The notes below the pieces were generated by a model, which was not told the origin of the DNA, searched no databases, and worked only from the letters and a program-made list of their open reading frames with translations. Position numbers and translations under genes: made by a program. From a virus (taxonomy: Duplodnaviria > Caudoviricetes): 31,465 bases of DNA. Positions 27,501-31,465 of the stretch are shown in pieces. Each line of letters starts with the position of its first letter. Positions within the stretch are counted from its first letter, which is position 1. Where the stretch lies: positions 1 to 31,465 of the IMG/VR virus record IMGVR_UViG_3300010362_000070; one strand, given 5' to 3'.

Positions 27501-28508
27501 TTGTACAGGACGAATGGCACTGGCAATGTCGCGACCTTCAAGTACCTCGCGACCATTGACAACAACACCGACACGACCTTCATCGATGATAAACCCGACA
27601 GCGATCTCGGCCGCGCGCCTTCGGAAGCGTCGAACCTCGGCGCCCTGCCTGGTGATACCTCGCTCGCACTCGACAACGTGAACGGCTTCCCGACGCTCGG
27701 CTGGGTCCGCGCCGAGAATCAGTACATCGCGTACAATGGCATCAGCTATACGGGCGGCGGCCGCGGCACCCTGAACAACATTGCGGCTCTGCAACGGATT
27801 CTGTCGATCACGCGCAGCGGCAACATTGCGACGGCGATTACGCAATTTACGCATGGGTTCGTCGTGGACGATGTCGTGACGGTCCTCGGCGCGAATCAGA
27901 CCGAATACAACGGCGTGCGAAAACTCCTGTCGGCCTCGGGCACCGTCTTTAGCTACAAGGTCGAAGGCTTTCCGGCGTCGCCAGCGACGGGCACGATTAG
28001 TGTCGGTGTCAATGGCGCGATCGTGGCCGCCATTCAGGGCGGATCCATCGTGCAGGCTGTGCCCATGCTGACCGGCGTGTCGGGTCTGATTCGACCGATT
28101 GCGATCGGTGCGAGCGTCTCACTCTGGGTCGTGCGCTCGTCGGCGACCGGCATCACGCAGCTCCAGACGCTCGAGGGCGGCGACGGCATTCGCGAGTACA
28201 GCATCACCGACAGCTCACTGGAGTCCATTGCGGCGTGTCAGCAGCGCGGCGATGCCGACCTGGCGCTATTCGCGTTCGCGCAGATAACCCTGACCTATCG
28301 CACGCAGGACACGACGACGCGCAGTGGGCGGACCGTGCACGTGACGCTGCCGCCACCCTACACGCTGACCGGCGACTTTCTGATTCAGTCGGTGCGGATC
28401 AGCAATATCGATCAGGAACTGCGGACGCTCCCGTTTTTCGACGTGACGCTCTCGAGCACGCGGTTCTCGCTCGAGGACGTGATTCGCCATGTCATCCTGA
28501 GCCGCTGA
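24546..28508 (+). CDS. Large tail-tip/baseplate hub protein with inserted repeated beta-sandwich modules
   Basis: Hub-like segments (ISISDELN...CDF; LFGGEV; CRDY..LL.R; RTRV.V.G; DG.RE..I.D) enclose five Y.Y....GE(T) and five R..YR repeats. Confidence 0.82.
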   Translation: MFGTAAFGQLGFGQVVGQVFTPLAVTAALSVAPQAALTTPSPLAAVSGWTLATDAILTTGTNRFEASAGISLGTQAPLALRANLATHPTITIGVGEPIFDPGIFDGFTLFDTRRRSSTQLLVSGPFVAAPTLTVGVAAPNLAVGSIAFTADTTLLLGTTATLRSLPATFAVTVTIPIGVVGNLVKTGYGFSSVMIAFNGAITQDVRRGSISISDELNEAPNTCDFIVDGSPPSIGTDVRIGLRDLQAANLLFGGEVLKVTETFSGRPSHPAWQVNCRDYTFLLNRRKVWAKYTQTSATSIALELMQSYTTGFSTTGIVGGLPAIDVEFDGIDVLGALSKIATLIGGYCDVTAAKVVRLFVTNTDPPLTLTDTDPLFKMNPSLGLTRDLSQVRTRVAVKGVGKSVAGNSGMRIGAGASLLPLEDVEPFGVDAGLAITDDQQILNYSATTPGGAVGKVGNTASPINTMLAQLAPSVVGGLIGTYYWAVAFANAAGETPISLPSNQLACPDRTSPTSTIGIGTTGAVGPLVGRYGYRVANVTSRGQTLLGPETARVANALARPFAPSISTASPPGPFLGGNNWAYASSFVTPYGETMPSAQTIWTPTPIVLAQVTSASGDAFGGLLDGPYYVGVSNVTALGEIGLYTTYIGTNFHTTGPAPPGIMRWDTGGRIETGYNYFYACSSYHETWGETPLSLYQSFYNQSGVGVKFTVRLPAPLPNQTGMRLYRRASPVSDQSISSAWQLVGEFWGSQDIVDNYNQSELGDQYPKQARAGGRVWYTLSSSAEAGVVARRIYRTKSNGAEYFLVGEIQNNFNGAQFLDLAPDSALTQRSSAVATTAKSSFVSAASGPAGVTSRRIYRTKVNSSQLFLVGEIKDNSSSGMIDMVKDDGLTVGAPGTQSGIGDTHILTSIQPGPPGTLARNLYRTKANGSEFFLLGRISDNTSTSFVDNVPDANLGEGQPLVNTAGASAAQLIGIPIGGSGVTKRVLYRTNGTGNVATFKYLATIDNNTDTTFIDDKPDSDLGRAPSEASNLGALPGDTSLALDNVNGFPTLGWVRAENQYIAYNGISYTGGGRGTLNNIAALQRILSITRSGNIATAITQFTHGFVVDDVVTVLGANQTEYNGVRKLLSASGTVFSYKVEGFPASPATGTISVGVNGAIVAAIQGGSIVQAVPMLTGVSGLIRPIAIGASVSLWVVRSSATGITQLQTLEGGDGIREYSITDSSLESIAACQQRGDADLALFAFAQITLTYRTQDTTTRSGRTVHVTLPPPYTLTGDFLIQSVRISNIDQELRTLPFFDVTLSSTRFSLEDVIRHVILSR

Positions 28509-28509
28509 C

Positions 28510-28608
28510 ATGAGCGAGGATTTGGTACGCGAAGCGCGGATCGTGATCGCGCTGCTCGCCATCCTGACCGCGCTTAGCTTCGTGGCGATCGTGTGGCGTT
28601 ATTGCTGA
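28510..28608 (+). CDS. 32-aa single-TM peptide
   Basis: Not in ORF track. MSEDLVREARIVIALLAILTALSFVAIVWRYC exactly fills the gap. Confidence 0.55.
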   Translation: MSEDLVREARIVIALLAILTALSFVAIVWRYC

Positions 28609-29160
28609 TCAGGGATTGGATCCGCCAGTGGGCCCCGTGGCCCCCGTGCCACCACCGGCAGGCGGCGGCGTCGTGCCGGGCGGCGGCGTCGGAAGCCGTG
28701 GCGGCGGCATCGGCGTGGGTTGGGCCGTGCACGGCTGGCCGTACGCTCGCAGGTTCACGGCTGAGGAGAGCGATCCGGCGGTGAGCACTACCACGACATC
28801 GGTATCGACCGCGCTGCTCGGCAGCGTGAGCAGCACCGCACTCTGACCGCCGCCATCCGTCCGCGCCGACATCATCCCGAGATCGGCGAGCGATCCGTAC
28901 GATGTGCCCCACTGCACGGGCAGATCGGGCACGCCGCGCATGACGCCGTCGCTGGCCAGCCCCATCGCGATGACCTTGACTTGCGTCGCGCCGCCGGCAC
29001 AGACGAACAGCGGTTCATAGAACGCGCGGAGCTCGCTCGGGTGCGACGCCGGCACGACGTTGGCCGGATACGGCGTCCCGACCGGCGTCGGCCCGAGGAT
29101 CGGGCCGGTCGTACACGCGGACATGAAGCCGGTCAGGATGATCGCACATAGTCTTCTCAT
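28609..29160 (-). CDS. Lipoprotein with Ig-like domain and Pro-rich tail
   Basis: Signal MRRLCAIILTGF with lipobox-like MSAC; V.W.TS.GSL...ARTDGGGQ..V.L resembles Big_1 domains. Confidence 0.7.
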   Translation of the reverse strand: MRRLCAIILTGFMSACTTGPILGPTPVGTPYPANVVPASHPSELRAFYEPLFVCAGGATQVKVIAMGLASDGVMRGVPDLPVQWGTSYGSLADLGMMSARTDGGGQSAVLLTLPSSAVDTDVVVVLTAGSLSSAVNLRAYGQPCTAQPTPMPPPRLPTPPPGTTPPPAGGGTGATGPTGGSNP

Positions 29161-29227
29161 ACTTGGCCTATCGGTTGGACAGCCCGTCGGCTATAGATGC
29201 AGATCTTCATCCGGCTGAACGGCTGAA

Positions 29228-29598
29228 CGATCGGGAACAGGACGGGAATGGAAGTGCCAAAAAGCCCCCGATCGTCGCAGATAGCCGCCGATGGTCCCGG
29301 CGCGGTGATCGGTTGAAATCGGCAGTTTTGTTCAGGAATTCGCGGATTTGGGTGGTGGACGGCAGGAGGCTCGAACTCCCGACCTCCGCGTTGCGAAGAC
29401 ACCTTTGAGGCACCTTTTCCTTAAGGTTTTTTGCGTTTGCTGGGGCGATTGGGAACAGCGTGGGAATGAAATGAGGCCAGTAGCGCCCGAATGTCGCGCA
29501 CACGCCACGCATTGACACGCGGCGAAATCTTGACGGGTTGCGGATACCGACCTTCTGCCACACCACGCCGCCAGCTTGTTTTCCCGATTGGGAACAGC
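29228..29598. repeat. Direct repeats flanking att core (integrase arm-type site candidates)
   Basis: CGATCGGGAACAG-gac-GGGAATG (29228), CGATTGGGAACAG-cgt-GGGAATG (29446), CGATTGGGAACAGC (29585). Confidence 0.65.
29353..29397 (-). other. attP: attP core: 3' half of tRNA-Ala(CGC)
   Basis: Minus strand TTCGCAA CGCGG AGGTC GGGAG TTCGAGC CTCCT GCCGTCC A CCA: anticodon loop (CGC), T-arm, acceptor 3' strand with U70, discriminator A and CCA. No 5' half. Confidence 0.9.
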
Positions 29599-29681
29599 CG
29601 AAGGATGAGCTGTTCTCGCACGAAGGCTTCATTCTCGAGCGGTAATGCCGAGGGGACGTCCTGTTTCGATCGTGGCGGCAT
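29421..29681 (-). CDS. AlpA-family excisionase / recombination directionality factor
   Basis: FVR...I...FPIGKTSW.RGV.EGRYP.PVK.S.RV.AW...DI pattern; TGATG coupling to the integrase stop. Confidence 0.85.
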   Translation of the reverse strand: MPPRSKQDVPSALPLENEAFVREQLILRLFPIGKTSWRRGVAEGRYPQPVKISPRVNAWRVRDIRALLASFHSHAVPNRPSKRKKP

Positions 29682-30781
29682 CAAGCGCGCGCCTTCCGCG
29701 GCTTCCGCGGCGACTGGCTACCGAGCGCGGCGACCATGTCCTCGCGGCTGACCTCGCTATAAATCTCGAGCAGGACGTTCGGCTTTTTCCAATTCCCTTG
29801 CTGCTGGACGATCGGCAGCGCCACATTCTTCTTGACCAGCAGATCCGTCGCGCCCGAGCGGCGCGTGCCCCAATGGAAGGTGATCCCGTTCTTCTTTTTC
29901 CCGTAGTCCAAATTCGCCTTCCGGCAGAGATATTCGAGCCGTTGCCGGACCGAGCCGGTCCAATCGCGCGGCTCGACGGCTTTCCTGAATTTGGGAAATA
30001 GGTATTTGCTATCGTTCCCGGCCAGCGCATCGACGGCGCCGGCGGCGCGCGGCGAGAGCACCATCTCGTACGGCGTGCCGCCTTTCGGATCGCGCACATA
30101 GAGCAAACGCCCGTCCCGGTCGGTGTGCTGCAAGTCGAGCAAATCCCCGAGCCTGGCCAGGCCGTCGCGCCCGAGCACCAGGATCGCCGTATCCTGTGCG
30201 TCCTCGCAGACGGCGAGCAACTTCTCGAACTCCTCCGCGCTGACGTAGCGGCGCCGCGGCGGCACGATGCGCAACCGCGGCATCCCGACCAGCGGCGACA
30301 CCTGGAGGTACTTCGGCACGGCGTCGCGCAACATGGCCTTGAGCAGATCGACTTCGCGGTTGATCGTGACCGCTGCGGCCGGCGGCGAGTCCGTCCGGCG
30401 CACGGTGTGATACGCCTTCACGCGGTCGCGGTCGATCGCCGTCAGCAGATCGTCGCCGAAGAACGCGACGAGTTGCTTGAGGATCTCGAGTTCGCGGCGG
30501 GCGCCGGCGCGATGCGCGATCGTGTCGGTCTTGTACGGCTCGGCGTACTTTGCGAAGCGAATCGCCGGCCGCGCGGTCGGCAACTGATAGAGACGCGCCG
30601 CCAGTTCGTTCATGCGCTGGTGGTAGCGATCGAGGGCGAGCTGCTTACTCTCGCGGCGCTGGACCGTCGTGCGGCCGACCTTGATATCAGTCTTTTCCTT
30701 TTGTTTGGTCGTTTCGAGAAACATCCACCAATACGGCGATTCGAGCCTGCCGTTTCGCCGAAGACGCATGTAGATGCCCAT
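29681..30781 (-). CDS. int: Tyrosine integrase
   Basis: TINRE...LK core-binding motif; catalytic R (ARLGDLL), K (DPKGG), H-x3-R (FHWGTRR), W (GNW), Y (EIY). Likely start MGIY at 30781 (track start 30883). Confidence 0.92.
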   Translation of the reverse strand: MGIYMRLRRNGRLESPYWWMFLETTKQKEKTDIKVGRTTVQRRESKQLALDRYHQRMNELAARLYQLPTARPAIRFAKYAEPYKTDTIAHRAGARRELEILKQLVAFFGDDLLTAIDRDRVKAYHTVRRTDSPPAAAVTINREVDLLKAMLRDAVPKYLQVSPLVGMPRLRIVPPRRRYVSAEEFEKLLAVCEDAQDTAILVLGRDGLARLGDLLDLQHTDRDGRLLYVRDPKGGTPYEMVLSPRAAGAVDALAGNDSKYLFPKFRKAVEPRDWTGSVRQRLEYLCRKANLDYGKKKNGITFHWGTRRSGATDLLVKKNVALPIVQQQGNWKKPNVLLEIYSEVSREDMVAALGSQSPRKPRKARA

Positions 30782-30971
30782 CAGCGAGCTCGGTGTACCT
30801 GAGCTGCTTTCACGATCTGTCGGCGGTATGCGGAATCGGTATTCGTGCGATTGCCCGAACCATAAAATCTTGTCTCGCTGCACAGAAACAACTGATAAAC
30901 CATTGTCATACCGTCATACTCGCAGTAGCGTGTCGCCTTTGTTTTCGTCTCGCATTAAAGGCAGGTGAGAC

Positions 30972-31184
30972 ATGTTCACGTGGCGGCGATTTAGCGTGTG
31001 GATTTCTCCCCAGGATTACGACACTATCGAGCAATATCTGCGACTCCCCGACGACATTCGTGCCGCTTGTCGGGATGTCATCGCTTTTTCGGCGGCAAGG
31101 GCGGCGGCACGTACCACGATTCCAGCAACTGACGCAAGGCCGTCCGAGCTTGCTCTGGCAGGGCGCGATAGCGTTCCAGAATGA
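30972..31184 (+). CDS. Small protein resembling the repressor C-terminal domain (anti-repressor candidate)
   Basis: AGGTGAG RBS-like sequence. Residues 13-37 align without gaps to repressor residues 80-104. Confidence 0.6.
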   Translation: MFTWRRFSVWISPQDYDTIEQYLRLPDDIRAACRDVIAFSAARAAARTTIPATDARPSELALAGRDSVPE

Positions 31185-31434
31185 ATTGCTCGTCGGGATT
31201 CTGCGGGAGATCAAGGAGCGCATGCAGGCCGTGCCCGAACAACGCCGCCATCCGCTGTAAGGTTTCGAGGTCGGCATCGTTCTCGCCACTGAGATAGCGC
31301 GACGCCCAGGGTTGCGTTTTCCCGAGCCGGTTGGCCAATTCGTCCTGGCTCATTCCGGTCATCTTCATCCACTGGCGGATCCGATCGCGCGCAAGTTTAT
31401 CCAGCACGATCGTTGAGTGTAGGGCGGTCGGCAT
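31078..31434 (-). CDS. XRE/Cro-CI family immunity repressor without S24 peptidase domain
   Basis: GMSQDELANRLGKTQPWASRYLSGE....LETLQRMA..FG HTH; upstream of int; only 118 aa. Confidence 0.88.
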   Translation of the reverse strand: MPTALHSTIVLDKLARDRIRQWMKMTGMSQDELANRLGKTQPWASRYLSGENDADLETLQRMAALFGHGLHALLDLPQNPDEQFILERYRALPEQARTALRQLLESWYVPPPLPPKKR

Positions 31435-31446
31435 GTCGTGCCCGTG

Positions 31447-31465
31447 AGTATACGCGATAAGTATA
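31447..31465 (-). promoter_or_regulatory. Candidate -10 elements for repressor promoter
   Basis: Two TATACT hexamers on the minus strand (AGTATA at 31447 and 31460); any -35 for the distal one lies outside the window. Confidence 0.35.

Noticed and set aside
22011-28508. Diversity-generating retroelement or invertible fibre cassette
   Set aside because: No reverse transcriptase, no near-identical TR/VR pair, and no invertase or flanking inverted repeats seen. The repeats are degenerate and protein-level.
29353-29430. Complete tRNA gene
   Set aside because: Sequence 5' of the anticodon loop cannot form the anticodon stem, D-arm or acceptor 5' strand. It is only the att core.
30840-30971. LexA box upstream of the candidate anti-repressor
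   Set aside because: No match found to CTGT-N8-ACAG, GAAC-N4-GTTC or GTTC-N7-GTTC.
1-31465. CRISPR array, IS element, or the many long antisense/alternate-frame ORFs in the track
   Set aside because: No regularly spaced repeats or transposase motifs. The extra ORFs are expected shadows in high-GC coding DNA.

Overview
Most of a GC-rich temperate siphovirus genome with an HK97-type head. It appears to be in the excised (attP) configuration, because a half-tRNA-Ala att core has phage genes on both sides. Gene order on the + strand: early/accessory genes (two DNA methyltransferases, a nuclease-like gene, a J-domain protein, a cold-shock-domain protein); a DUF1376/YdaU-like initiator with an internal iteron origin; a DUF1064 nuclease; a non-canonical putative lysis or envelope-degrading block (two tiny membrane proteins, a beta-helix protein, a fascin-like + glycoside-hydrolase-like protein); HNH, candidate cos and TerL; fused prohead protease-capsid upstream of portal; neck and tail genes with a -1 frameshift chaperone; a short tape measure; fibres; and a 1320-aa tail-tip protein. 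On the - strand follow a lipoprotein, attP, an AlpA-like excisionase, a tyrosine integrase and an XRE repressor. The three most striking observations are: (1) an antisense-overlapping small protein that mimics the repressor C-terminal helical hairpin (SinI/SinR-like switch candidate); (2) a nested 'matryoshka' domain arrangement in the tail-tip protein; (3) no canonical endolysin or small terminase within the window. All family assignments are from motif recognition by eye, not database searches. The host is not determined from this sequence.
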